Under the pieces are notes generated by a model. That model ran no database searches. It worked only from the letters and a program-made list of their open reading frames with translations, and had not been told where the DNA came from. 62,756 bases of DNA from a virus (Duplodnaviria; Caudoviricetes), in IMG/VR virus record IMGVR_UViG_3300027869_000002, positions 1 to 62,756 of that record. One strand, 5' to 3'. The translations under genes and the position numbers were made by a program. This document shows positions 9,056 to 18,153 of the stretch, piece after piece (positions within the stretch are counted from its first letter, which is position 1; each line of letters begins with the position of its first letter).

Positions 9056-9261
9056 ACGTCCCTCCGCTCACCATTCAGGTATTGCACGATGGCCCCCAGG
9101 CTGGGAAATTCCTTCTTTCGATTGTTCGTGGTGTACAGCCAGCCGTCCTCCGTCTTGCTGATGGTCTCGATCCCGCGTTCGTAGTGGTCCATGCCCACCC
9201 GGCTGAATCCTTGGCAGCCGAGCACGAAAAGCGCGTCTTTGGGGATGAATTGTTTTTTCAT
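9052..9261 (-). CDS. Hypothetical protein (MKKQFIPKD...)
   Basis: ATGA overlap with the DUF968-like gene. Confidence 0.55.
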   Translation of the reverse strand: MKKQFIPKDALFVLGCQGFSRVGMDHYERGIETISKTEDGWLYTTNNRKKEFPSLGAIVQYLNGERRDV

Positions 9262-9578
9262 CGCCCCACTCCAAATTCCGCCTGCAGCTCCGCGATCAGC
9301 GCGCGCACGTCCAGCTTGTGCACCCGCGCGAACCTCACCGGCCCCAGCGCGTGTAGCGATTGATTTCCCGTGCTGTGATGCTTCCAACAGAGCGGGATGG
9401 CATCCAGGTCCGAGGCTTTCTGCCCCATCCCGTGCGGTCCGGTATGCGCCGCTTCTATGCCCCACGTGCGGCCACAGACGGCGCAGGGACGCGTCCGGAC
9501 CAGGGCGAGGTAGCGCGAGTCCCGGACTGGGGAGTTGCGCGCGTAGGCGGGGCGCGGGCGCACGGCAAAGGCGGTCAT
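9258..9578 (-). CDS. DUF968/Ref-like HNH-type nuclease
   Basis: YLALVRTRPCAVCG...EAAH...GMGQKASD...IPLCWKHH. Confidence 0.75.
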   Translation of the reverse strand: MTAFAVRPRPAYARNSPVRDSRYLALVRTRPCAVCGRTWGIEAAHTGPHGMGQKASDLDAIPLCWKHHSTGNQSLHALGPVRFARVHKLDVRALIAELQAEFGVGR

Positions 9579-9665
9579 AGGCGGCCTCTGCGAATTGAGA
9601 ACGTGAGCACGAACCACTTCCAGCACAGCCATTCCCACCAGGTATATTCGGTTGGCCCAGTTTTC

Positions 9666-10016
9666 TTAGGCATTGGGGGGCTCCTTTTTGTTTGCTGCCG
9701 CGCGGGTCACGGCCGTGCCCCGCGCTAGGTCCGGTCTCCGGCACGTGCAGGTCTTCGCGACAGGCCAGCCCTTCTGACAGTCCAGATCGTGGGCGCTCGG
9801 ATGCGGGCAGCGTTCCTCAGCCCAAAACGTGAACTTCGGATGGGTGATCTTCTCTCCGCGATGCATGATGATTTGAGCCATCGTGGAATCCAGGCCCGTG
9901 AAATGCTCGATGACGCGGAAGAAAGCCGGCACCACTTCCTGATCCATTATCGGGATCGCCCGCTCCTCCAATGGCCGGAAGCCCGGCTCCGCGATGAAGT
10001 AGGTGTAAGCTTTCAC
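9666..10016 (-). CDS. Hypothetical protein
   Basis: Coupled to 10013..10618. Confidence 0.5.
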   Translation of the reverse strand: MKAYTYFIAEPGFRPLEERAIPIMDQEVVPAFFRVIEHFTGLDSTMAQIIMHRGEKITHPKFTFWAEERCPHPSAHDLDCQKGWPVAKTCTCRRPDLARGTAVTRAAANKKEPPNA

Positions 10017-10618
10017 CGTCCGCCTCCCTGGATGACCACCGTGTTAGCCATGGCCCTGAGATCCTCGCCGGTGAATGCCGGCATCTGGAAGCCCAGCGTC
10101 TTGGCGTGCAGGGTGGCCTTATGCGCGGCGGTGACCGCCAGACACAGCGCGGCTTCGAGTCCGGAGATCTCGCCGGATCTGGCGGATCCGCTCGGCGGAC
10201 GTGGCGAGCATGCCGGCAGTTTCTCGACGACAAAAGTTCCGTCCGTCTGCTCTCCGGTGCGCTTCGATTCTGCCACCGGCTGCGGGGTGCGCCTTTCTGC
10301 AATCGGCTGCACGGGCAGGGATTCTGCATCGATCAGCCACCGGGTTACCGTCTTGCCGTTTGCGCCGGGCTTCTGGGATTTAGTGATGATCACCGGCTGG
10401 CCGGGCTGGATCGCGCGGTCCACCATCTGCTGAGTCACCGAGGCTGCAGCGGCTTCGGAGAGATAGAAGCAGCGGTGATCCGTGGTCGAGAACATCATCT
10501 GCCAGCCGCCCCCGAATTGCGAAGCCACGCGCTTGCCTTCGGCGAAGGCGAGGGTGAGTAACACCGGCACGTTAGCGGGGAATTCGATCTTGGCGCGAAG
10601 TGCTTGCGGTGCGGCCAT
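10013..10618 (-). CDS. Hypothetical protein, possibly ssDNA-binding/recombination
   Basis: GGAGG RBS; beta-rich N-terminus; position in leftward early operon. Confidence 0.6.
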   Translation of the reverse strand: MAAPQALRAKIEFPANVPVLLTLAFAEGKRVASQFGGGWQMMFSTTDHRCFYLSEAAAASVTQQMVDRAIQPGQPVIITKSQKPGANGKTVTRWLIDAESLPVQPIAERRTPQPVAESKRTGEQTDGTFVVEKLPACSPRPPSGSARSGEISGLEAALCLAVTAAHKATLHAKTLGFQMPAFTGEDLRAMANTVVIQGGGR

Positions 10619-10757
10619 CGCTAGATCCCCCTCCCGGAAAGCATGTTACCTCCGGTGCGCCAGTGGAAGCTGACAACCAGCCAGCGCCAGCATAGCCATT
10701 CCCAGGCGGTGTAGTGCGCCGCGTTTCGCGTTCTGTGGGTGTAGTGAATCCGTGCCA

Positions 10758-11081
10758 TTATGCCACCTCCGAATATTCAAACTCGAAACTGCCCTGTTGG
10801 CGAACCGGCCCGCGCCGCAGGTATTCCAGCTCGTCCTCGGGCTCCGGATCAGACTGCCGCGCTAACCGCTCCAGCTCCGCGGCGAGCAGCAGCGCGCGCC
10901 GCTCGTCTTCCATCGATGGCGCGGGGAGTTCCGCGTCCGCCCGCTCGTCGCCGTTGTCCCAGGCGAGCTCGTCGGCGTTGAGGCCGCTGATTTCTTCGGG
11001 GTCGTAATCTGCGGGGTGCTCGCGGATCTCGTAGCTGTCGCTGAAGTACGAGGGGTCCGGGCATACGCTGTATTGGCTCAT
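10758..11081 (-). CDS. Acidic hypothetical protein
   Basis: AAGGAG RBS; first gene of the leftward operon. Confidence 0.65.
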   Translation of the reverse strand: MSQYSVCPDPSYFSDSYEIREHPADYDPEEISGLNADELAWDNGDERADAELPAPSMEDERRALLLAAELERLARQSDPEPEDELEYLRRGPVRQQGSFEFEYSEVA

Positions 11082-11104
11082 TGGTTGCTCCTTTTTCCAA
11101 TAGA

Positions 11105-11126
11105 GGGCGCACAGCGCTGTGCGCCC
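11105..11126. repeat. Perfect 22-bp palindrome in the leftward leader
   Basis: gggcgcacagc|gctgtgcgccc. Confidence 0.85.
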
Positions 11127-11234
11127 CCGAGGGTCCTTTCCGGCCTGGAGGACCTTCCGTCCCCAGGTCCGGGGGTAGTCCCTCTCGATTCTGTTTGAGT
11201 CTCTTTGTGTGCTAGCGCTAGCATCGTCTATTCC

Positions 11235-11263
11235 AGTATGCTATGCTAGCGGTAGGATGTCAA
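11235..11263 (-). promoter_or_regulatory. Leftward sigma-70 promoter of a divergent pair
   Basis: Minus strand TTGACA-17 nt-CATACT; GCTAGC palindromes overlap it. Confidence 0.7.
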
Positions 11264-11280
11264 TAGGGTAAACGAAGGTT

Positions 11281-11309
11281 TTGACAAAATACTTGCGCTA
11301 GTATACTAT
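11281..11309 (+). promoter_or_regulatory. Rightward sigma-70 promoter of a divergent pair
   Basis: TTGACA-17 nt-TACTAT. Confidence 0.7.
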
Positions 11310-11317
11310 TGGGAACC

Positions 11318-11488
11318 ATGTCGAACGACGCTGCGAAAGAGTTGGGCCAGAGACGCTGGGAGGGTAAGACGGCGGAGGAGAGAAAAGAGCACATGCGCAA
11401 GATGGCGCAGGCTCGGTGGGGTGTGCCCAAGAAGCAGGCAACGAAGAAAAAGGCAGGCGTGAAGGGGAAGGGGAAGGCGAAGAGCTAG
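11318..11488 (+). CDS. 56-aa basic putative nucleic-acid-binding protein (MSNDAAKELGQRRWEGKTAEERKEHMRKMAQARW...), absent from the ORF track
   Basis: Near-leaderless start just after the -10 box; LG..RW...EER...ARW motif and Lys-rich tail. Confidence 0.6.
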   Translation: MSNDAAKELGQRRWEGKTAEERKEHMRKMAQARWGVPKKQATKKKAGVKGKGKAKS

Positions 11489-11536
11489 ACTTATGTGGAC
11501 TTGCGCCGTTTGGTCGCCGCAAGGCAGAATGCAGGC

Positions 11537-12229
11537 ATGAAAAAAACGATCTGTTTCATCGTGCTGTTTTTGGGCCGCTGCATCGCTGGCGCGCCCGCAT
11601 TCGATGCTGATCCGCCAAAACTGCTGGGGATGAGCCTTCGTGATTTCCTGAACGCCTACCCGAGTGAGTGCAAGAAGGTGTTCCGATTACGCGAACTTCC
11701 CCCGCACACATTTCAGGGTCTGTCGATTCCCGCGAGCGCATATGACCTCCACGCCAGTTTCAGGATTAACTACGGCGAAGAAGTCTACCGGTGCGAAATC
11801 CGGCATCGCGCAAAGGAGATTCTCCGAGGATTTCCTGCCAAAATTTTGCAAGAGCGTCTTTACATCAAGGCTGGCCGGATTGCGGAGGTGCAGATCCAAA
11901 CCAATTCACCTGAAGTGATGGATCACTTCCAGCAGGCCTTCGGGGCCTCCGATACGTTGGCTTTGGGGTTCGAGGATCATTCCAATTCTAGGGAAGTGGC
12001 CTACAGTGAGGGCGGCTATTCTTCAATCACCACACTCTCCAGCGCCTCAGAATCCTCCTTTCAAAAATGGACCAAGTGTTCGTTTCTGGTCATCTTGGCG
12101 TTCCATTCGATTGAGAGCTTTCAGAGCGGGTTGTCTTCGTCAGGATTGACCGCGACTTTCCGACCGTTGGAAGAGGGCGAAATCGGCACGCTCGATTACA
12201 AGCACGGATGTCCACAGGGGAAGAAGTGA
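11537..12229 (+). CDS. Exported hypothetical protein (moron)
   Basis: MKKTICFIVLFLG signal-peptide-like start; atypical codon usage. Confidence 0.6.
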   Translation: MKKTICFIVLFLGRCIAGAPAFDADPPKLLGMSLRDFLNAYPSECKKVFRLRELPPHTFQGLSIPASAYDLHASFRINYGEEVYRCEIRHRAKEILRGFPAKILQERLYIKAGRIAEVQIQTNSPEVMDHFQQAFGASDTLALGFEDHSNSREVAYSEGGYSSITTLSSASESSFQKWTKCSFLVILAFHSIESFQSGLSSSGLTATFRPLEEGEIGTLDYKHGCPQGKK

Positions 12230-12648
12230 GCGACGAAACCGAGAAACTCCTAGCCCGCGAAGCCGCCCAGCTTGAAGACACCAAGCGCTTCAACGCGGAG
12301 CGCGAGCTGGCCCTGCTTCTCGCCCCCGAAAAATGGGCTGAACTGAAGCGGGCATTCAGCGAACTGTGTGCGGAGATCTCAGCCCACACCCACAGCTTTG
12401 AATTTGAGTGCGAAGAGTCCGGCCACCGTTTTCAGGTGAACAAAGTGGTGCGGGGCACAGCGTTGCCCGCCGCCACGTTCACGTTCGAGCCCAGAATTCC
12501 CGCCATTCGTTACGAGATTGGGGAGAAGGGCTCGGGCGTGATCACGTTCGCCGTTTCCGGGCAGTCCGTATTTTTCACCATCGGACGCAGCGGTTTCGTG
12601 CTCCGCCAGTTTGTGGGTGATACGCTGATGCGGGTGATGAAAGCATGA
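12226..12648 (+). CDS. Hypothetical protein
   Basis: GTGA overlap with upstream gene. Confidence 0.65.
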   Translation: MSDETEKLLAREAAQLEDTKRFNAERELALLLAPEKWAELKRAFSELCAEISAHTHSFEFECEESGHRFQVNKVVRGTALPAATFTFEPRIPAIRYEIGEKGSGVITFAVSGQSVFFTIGRSGFVLRQFVGDTLMRVMKA

Positions 12649-12674
12649 CGTGCGGCAACTGCATCGACCGATCA

Positions 12675-12767
12675 CCAGCCGGGCATGCGGTAAGGAGGCG
12701 CGCGGCAAGAAACAGCCGACCATCGGCACACTGACGGAGGGATTTCAAAGAGGGAAGCTCAGAAAAG
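12675..12767 (+). repeat. ~95-bp dispersed repeat family, copy A
   Basis: ccagccgggcatgcggta...gaagctcagaaaag. Confidence 0.75.
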
Positions 12768-12807
12768 CATAAGGCCTAATTCAACTTGGCAGGGGGGAAA
12801 AAGGAAA

Positions 12808-13107
12808 ATGCTACTCAAACGTTCAAAGCTACTTTTCGCGCTGGTCGCACTTCTGGCCAGTGCTTACTCAGGACAGGCCATCTGCCTGCGCGGTACCGGC
12901 ATGGGTCAAAACTATTCATGCTGGGTTATGGATTCCTGCGGCTCTTACATGAAGGGAATCTACTGGCAGTGCATCGAAGAACAGTGCGGGGTGAACTGGG
13001 GAGACGGCTGCTGGCCGGCGAATTTCTACGGGTGTGCCTTCTTCGGCTGCGTGAATCCATTCACCGGCAACTGCACGCCCTGCGCCACGGAGGTGCCCCA
13101 TGCGTAA
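12808..13107 (+). CDS. Secreted 10-Cys peptide
   Basis: AAGGA RBS, signal peptide, 10 Cys in the mature part. Confidence 0.7.
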   Translation: MLLKRSKLLFALVALLASAYSGQAICLRGTGMGQNYSCWVMDSCGSYMKGIYWQCIEEQCGVNWGDGCWPANFYGCAFFGCVNPFTGNCTPCATEVPHA

Positions 13108-13852
13108 GCCGCTGTTCTGGTATCTGCTGATCGCGGCGTGCGTGGCCGCCTATTATGGCGCCGCCCACTGGACTGTCAAAGTCGCCGCGCAATCCGCCAT
13201 CAGCGTAAAGCCGTTCACGCTCGAATTTGTGACGTACAATTCCGCCGGCAAGCTGGTTGAGGACCGCATCACCGCGCGCAGAAGCGATGGGTCGGAGGTT
13301 ATGGTTTCGATGTCGCCGGCAGGGAAGAACCGCCGCATCGATTTCATGGACGGCGCTTCGATGGCGCTGCTCGACGCGGTGAAGATCCGGATGTCAGGGA
13401 TCGTCGCCGCAGACCGGACTGCCGCCCGAAAGACCATGCTCACAAACCCGCCGACGGATTGTCTCTTTCCCGGCGAGACACTGGCGAGCCGCACCACCAC
13501 TGGAGGCGTGGCCGTCAACGTGGTCAAATCAACCAGGGGGAGTTATAGCCTGACTGAGGACCGCGCGCCCGCGTACGCTTGCAAGGCGCTCGATGCCCTC
13601 GGCCAGGACCTGCAGCCGGATGGCACCTGGGTTACCCGCTTCCAGGCCCGCCTGGTGGCCTTCACGCCCGGCGAACCGGATGCAAGGATCTTTGCACCCG
13701 GCGACGGATATCGCGAAATGTCGCCCTCGCAGGTCCGCGACGAAGCACTGCGCGGTCAGGGGGTCACCAAGCAATCCTGTCCCGCCTGCTTCTCGCAAAG
13801 CGCCCAGGACATGGACGCGGAGTATAACGCGGCCCAGGGGAGGAAGCCGTAA
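13100..13852 (+). CDS. Exported/membrane-anchored beta-rich protein
   Basis: GGAGG RBS; N-terminal hydrophobic helix. Confidence 0.75.
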   Translation: MRKPLFWYLLIAACVAAYYGAAHWTVKVAAQSAISVKPFTLEFVTYNSAGKLVEDRITARRSDGSEVMVSMSPAGKNRRIDFMDGASMALLDAVKIRMSGIVAADRTAARKTMLTNPPTDCLFPGETLASRTTTGGVAVNVVKSTRGSYSLTEDRAPAYACKALDALGQDLQPDGTWVTRFQARLVAFTPGEPDARIFAPGDGYREMSPSQVRDEALRGQGVTKQSCPACFSQSAQDMDAEYNAAQGRKP

Positions 13853-13854
13853 GA

Positions 13855-14325
13855 ATGGCGAGCGAAAAGCGCGGCCTGTTCATGGAATCGACGGAGATCG
13901 ATCCCGCGCGCACCGCCGGGGAGATTGTCTCGGAGCTGGTGCGCAACGGGGCTACGTCCATCAATACCGATTACAAGGACGGGCAAGTGTGCGGGCTGCG
14001 CTGGATCATGAAGGTGAACGGCATCGACGTGCTGTTCGATATGCCAGTGCGGATCGATCCGGTAATGGCGATTTTCAAAAAGCGCGCGGAGGACGGCTAC
14101 CGCTCACTCACTCAGGCCGATGAAATCCGGATGCGCGGCAAGGCCGAGCGCGTGGCATGGCGTCAGTTGCTCCGTTGGGTGCAGGCCCAAAACGCCATGA
14201 TCGAAACAGGGATGGTGCAGGCAGCCGAAGTCTACATGCCCTACATGGTCGTGCACGCCTCCGGGCAAACGCTCTTCCAGCACATGAGCGGATCTCAGTT
14301 CAAGATGCTGACAGCCGGGAAGTGA
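13855..14325 (+). CDS. Phage hypothetical protein
   Basis: AERVAWRQLLRWVQAQ...EVYMPY...GQTLF motif. Confidence 0.75.
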   Translation: MASEKRGLFMESTEIDPARTAGEIVSELVRNGATSINTDYKDGQVCGLRWIMKVNGIDVLFDMPVRIDPVMAIFKKRAEDGYRSLTQADEIRMRGKAERVAWRQLLRWVQAQNAMIETGMVQAAEVYMPYMVVHASGQTLFQHMSGSQFKMLTAGK

Positions 14326-14394
14326 ATCCAGCGCGGGGTTAACCTCAGACAACGTTGCGGGCATCACCGGCAGGGGTGGGAAAATCGGAGAACC

Positions 14395-14805
14395 GTGATG
14401 AAGATTATCTGTCTCGGATTCCTAGTGCTGGTGGCCATCGGCTCCGTAATGAACTCGGTTCAGCAAGAACGGGATCGCGCTGCCGAAGTCAAACGGCAGG
14501 CGTCCCTTACGGAACCGCAGCGCCAGCAGGAAAAACTCAACAACCTGAAACGCAGCGCGGTGGCGAAGGCGCTTGAAAACCGGCTGCTCGATGCAGGATT
14601 CGACGTGCAGTGCACGCCAGTGATAGGCAACGGAGAATTATTTATTACCGGCCCCGTCGTAAACCGGGTGTTCGCGCGGCACTTCATGACCCGCGAGACG
14701 GTCAAGTCACTCAGAAAGGCTGGCTTTGACACCCTCGCCTTTTCGAACGGCACAAGCGCACTCTCCGCCTCGACCTATTCCGAGCGTTATGATCTGACCC
14801 GGTAG
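14395..14805 (+). CDS. Membrane-anchored hypothetical protein
   Basis: GGAG RBS; N-terminal TM helix. Confidence 0.65.
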   Translation: MMKIICLGFLVLVAIGSVMNSVQQERDRAAEVKRQASLTEPQRQQEKLNNLKRSAVAKALENRLLDAGFDVQCTPVIGNGELFITGPVVNRVFARHFMTRETVKSLRKAGFDTLAFSNGTSALSASTYSERYDLTR

Positions 14806-14933
14806 CTTCCGTCGCCCACAGCCAGCACGTCACTTCCCAGTCCCAATCGTCCGAGCCGATTTCGCATTCGATATCCGTGCTGCGGGTGTCCATAGGGGAG
14901 CCTCGAACGTGCGGACGATGTGACTACCAGAGA

Positions 14934-15029
14934 CCATCCGGGCATGCGGTAGGAGACGCCCGGCAGTAGATCACTGACAAGGTGCAACTGAAGCCGCGAG
15001 CGATTAGAAGGCGGCGAAGCTCCGAAAGG
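14934..15029 (+). repeat. ~95-bp dispersed repeat family, copy B
   Basis: ccatccgggcatgcggtaggag...gcgaagctccgaaagg; lies next to the stop of the last late gene. Confidence 0.8.
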
Positions 15030-15035
15030 CATAAA

Positions 15036-15302
15036 TCAGGCAGCCGGTGCCGGGGGTGCTGGCGCGGCAATCACAACTGGCGCGGCGATTACCCTGGGTT
15101 TGCGTCGCTCACCGACCCGATTTTTATTTGACGCCAGGGTCTGCGTCAGATCGAAGAACCAAGCGTTCAAATAGCCGCATTCTTCGAGCGGCGCCGGCAT
15201 GGTCGAGGCGGCGTCCACAAACAGCTTGCCGCCCACGGCCACCACGGTAGCCCAGGGAATCACGTGCAGGATTTGAGAGAGTGTTGCGAGTATAGGTGTC
15301 AT
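15036..15302 (-). CDS. Small membrane protein, possibly holin-like
   Basis: Hydrophobic N-terminal half; end of late operon. Confidence 0.55.
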   Translation of the reverse strand: MTPILATLSQILHVIPWATVVAVGGKLFVDAASTMPAPLEECGYLNAWFFDLTQTLASNKNRVGERRKPRVIAAPVVIAAPAPPAPAA

Positions 15303-15305
15303 AGG

Positions 15306-15698
15306 TCAAAAGGAGTTGCTGTAGCCGGCAGCGCCCATCTGCGCCCAGGAGTTCGGGGCATAGCACCAGTAGAAATTTCCGATCGCATCGAACGCCATCT
15401 GGCCGGGAATGCCGGCGGAGTTGTGATGTGCTGGTGTCGCGACCCGAAGAACGGGGGGCGCGCCCGCGTCGATAGCGTTGCCGTTCGCGTCGAAGATCAG
15501 CGCGTCGCCGTCCGCCGCCGAACCGTTGAACATCTGGAACAGCGCGCCGGTGCCCTGCCTGGCGATCGTCCGCACCTGGTCGAAGTCAATATTCCCGCGC
15601 TGCGTTTTGACCGCCGCACCCGCTCCGCCCGAGGGATAGGAAAATACCAGCGGGAGCGTGCCGATGTGCGCGGCGGTGCCTGACCAGGTGAGGATCAT
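15306..15698 (-). CDS. Tail-fibre-associated structural protein
   Basis: TP...NSAGIPGQMAFD...FYWCYAPNSW fibre-type C-terminal motif. Confidence 0.6.
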   Translation of the reverse strand: MILTWSGTAAHIGTLPLVFSYPSGGAGAAVKTQRGNIDFDQVRTIARQGTGALFQMFNGSAADGDALIFDANGNAIDAGAPPVLRVATPAHHNSAGIPGQMAFDAIGNFYWCYAPNSWAQMGAAGYSNSF

Positions 15699-16436
15699 TT
15701 AAGCCTGCGGGATGATGGTGATAGGCCGCGCGTCCGCGCCGGTGGCGGTGAATAGGAAGTTGATGATGCCGCCGTTCAAGTCCGTGTTCGCCAGGTTGAT
15801 CAGATAGAAGCCGCTTCCGAGTTCCGTGACCGCATTGGCGCAGGCGCCCAAGGCTCCGCCATCGATGGAACGGACGGCAGTGACTGTAGCCCCCAGCTTG
15901 GGCGTCACGTGATCGGAGGATTGCACCAGGTAGAACGCAAAATTGTTAAACGCCGTGTTCTTCTTCACCTGCATCTCGCCAGGCGCGTAGGTCACGCGGC
16001 CGCTGGCATCGCCCGTGGGCAAGCCGCCATTCGCTCCCGCCGCGGCGTTGGGGAGTGCCGTCAATCCAGCGCGCACGCCATCCTGGTTCGACCAGGCCGT
16101 CAATTCCACCTCGATGGCAACTGCGCCCATATTGGCGGCCCCTTGCAGGTAGAGAGTCACCAGGTCCGCGCCGGTGATCAGCGCAGCGTTGGGGATGCCG
16201 ATTTCGTAGAGACCCGGCATGTTGGTCGCATCGACTTCTATGAATCCCCCGGTGGCCCAGGTGCCAAGCGTCATGGTGGCGAGCGTGACAGCCACGCTTC
16301 CCGCTCCCGTGTTGCGCTTGTAGTAGCACGTCAGGCCGGAAGTACCGAACGCGAGCCCGGTGCGCCCTAGACCTGTCGAGCTATTCGGAATGTAGACCTG
16401 GATGATTTGCGAAGTGGTGCCGACTTGACGTTCCAT
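15699..16436 (-). CDS. Virion structural protein (tail tip/fibre)
   Basis: Gly/Thr/Ala-rich; EVDATNMPGLYEI and TELGSGFYLINL repeated beta-sandwich motifs. Confidence 0.65.
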   Translation of the reverse strand: MERQVGTTSQIIQVYIPNSSTGLGRTGLAFGTSGLTCYYKRNTGAGSVAVTLATMTLGTWATGGFIEVDATNMPGLYEIGIPNAALITGADLVTLYLQGAANMGAVAIEVELTAWSNQDGVRAGLTALPNAAAGANGGLPTGDASGRVTYAPGEMQVKKNTAFNNFAFYLVQSSDHVTPKLGATVTAVRSIDGGALGACANAVTELGSGFYLINLANTDLNGGIINFLFTATGADARPITIIPQA

Positions 16437-16463
16437 TGTTTGGGCCTTTGGGGGAAAAGCGGA

Positions 16464-17429
16464 TTACTGCGCGACCAGTGAGCTGAAGGAGCTATGGAGG
16501 AAGGTCACAGAGGAAGTGTTCGAGGCGTTATTTGCGTTGATGAACCCGCCGCAGTTGGTCACCGCAGCCAGGTTCCCGCTGGTCGATGCGGTGAGCGTGC
16601 GCCAGCCGCCCGTGGTTCCTCCTGGGGTGCCAACGCCGTCGAAGGAGTAGTGATAGGAGAGCGTTCCCGAAGAGTTTCCTACGTGAATCCAGATCTGGGT
16701 GCCCGCTGGCTGCGAGTTAAAGCCGTCGGCGTTGAGTGAAGAGGAAGCGGAGGTCGTGGTCGCCCAGGTTTCGCTGGCAATGACCGATGAGGACCCGTTA
16801 AAATTCACCCCGACGCCCGTCAGCTTGGTGCCGTCGTCCACTTCGATGCCCGCAAACGGGTTGCCGCTCAGGTAGCCGCTTATAACGTAGAGAATGTACC
16901 AGTCGGTCCAGGCGCTGCCGCTGTTGCACGCTGAATGCAGGACGCGCAGACTGTTACCGCTGGTAGCCGTCGCGGCGATAGAGAGGAAATTCGTGCCCGA
17001 AACCGAAGCGGACGAGCCCTGATTCATCCAAGTGGCCCATGTCGGCTTAGTGAGCGTCCACATTCCGTATCCAGCAGGCGCGCCGCCGGTGGCCGACACC
17101 GTGCAACTCGAGCCCAGGGTGCAGGTGGTGCTGTTGACGGTTGTGGACGCGTTGGCAAGCGCGGCGTTCGGCACGGCCTCATAAGTGACCGCGTTGGTAC
17201 CGGTGACCACGGGGACGGTGTTCGTGGATGGGCTGGCACCATAGGTCACGCCGTGGACCTTGGCAACCGTGGCCGCGGCGGATCCGCAGCACGAAGCCGT
17301 GACGTCCCCGGTTAAAGCGGTCAGTCCCGCCACTCCGGTGGTCAGGGGCGTCTGTCCGATGGCGGACGCCACGATGATGATGAGCAGCGCGAAAATTCCA
17401 AGGCGCACCTTGCGCCAGTCGATATGCAT
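16464..17429 (-). CDS. Fibre/receptor-binding-like protein with N-terminal signal peptide
   Basis: LTGDVTA fibre repeat, lectin-like C-terminus, hydrophobic N-terminal leader. Confidence 0.6.
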   Translation of the reverse strand: MHIDWRKVRLGIFALLIIIVASAIGQTPLTTGVAGLTALTGDVTASCCGSAAATVAKVHGVTYGASPSTNTVPVVTGTNAVTYEAVPNAALANASTTVNSTTCTLGSSCTVSATGGAPAGYGMWTLTKPTWATWMNQGSSASVSGTNFLSIAATATSGNSLRVLHSACNSGSAWTDWYILYVISGYLSGNPFAGIEVDDGTKLTGVGVNFNGSSSVIASETWATTTSASSSLNADGFNSQPAGTQIWIHVGNSSGTLSYHYSFDGVGTPGGTTGGWRTLTASTSGNLAAVTNCGGFINANNASNTSSVTFLHSSFSSLVAQ

Positions 17430-17439
17430 GCGAGTTCCT

Positions 17440-18114
17440 TTAGTGGGTGTATTGCGTGACAGGTGGATCGTCGGTCGATTTGGGAGCCACGGTAAACGTG
17501 ACGGTTGCCCCGCTCGCCGTGTAGTCCGTGGTGGGAATCTGCTCTACGCCATTCAGCCACACGGTCTGCGAGGAAACGGGATTCGGCGTGTAGCTTGAGG
17601 TGAAAGCGGTGTTTGATCCGTTCAAGGTGCCCGAGAGGTTCTCGCGGACGATACTGGGTCCGGAGCTCCCGGCGCCGCGTTCGGTGAAGTAGTTCGTGCC
17701 ATCCGACGCGATGTAGATGCCCTGGCCCGGCTGCAGCACGATCGACGCGGACGATCCGTCAAGATTCGCGCCTGCAGGAGGCGACCCGCTTAACGGGGTG
17801 ATCGTGAGCGTGGGAGTGACCGGCGGGCTTCCGGCAGTGACGCTCGCGTTCTGGATGAAGACGTCCCATTGTCCAAAGGGGGGCGCCGAGGGAAGCGTGA
17901 ACGTGCCGTTGGCCGTGCCTTCGAATACCAGCAGCATCCCGCAGTCGGAGCTGAGGAGCTGATAGCTGACGGTTTTGACCGCGGCCCCGCCGGTATTCGG
18001 CACATACGCGGAGTCGTTCCGCGGCGTGGAGGTGTCGCGCTGCCACTTGGCGTTCTGGCGTCCGGAGGGCGCCGCGGGCGTCGCGTCGTTCAGGTTTTGC
18101 TGGTTGGCAGGCAT
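17440..18114 (-). CDS. Tail fibre/baseplate-associated protein (2 GSPP motifs)
   Basis: GTLNGSNTAFT...WLNGVEQ..TTDYT fibre motif. Confidence 0.7.
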   Translation of the reverse strand: MPANQQNLNDATPAAPSGRQNAKWQRDTSTPRNDSAYVPNTGGAAVKTVSYQLLSSDCGMLLVFEGTANGTFTLPSAPPFGQWDVFIQNASVTAGSPPVTPTLTITPLSGSPPAGANLDGSSASIVLQPGQGIYIASDGTNYFTERGAGSSGPSIVRENLSGTLNGSNTAFTSSYTPNPVSSQTVWLNGVEQIPTTDYTASGATVTFTVAPKSTDDPPVTQYTH

Positions 18115-18153
18115 GACCGCAATGCGCTATATGTGTTGGGCGGAGGAATCCGA

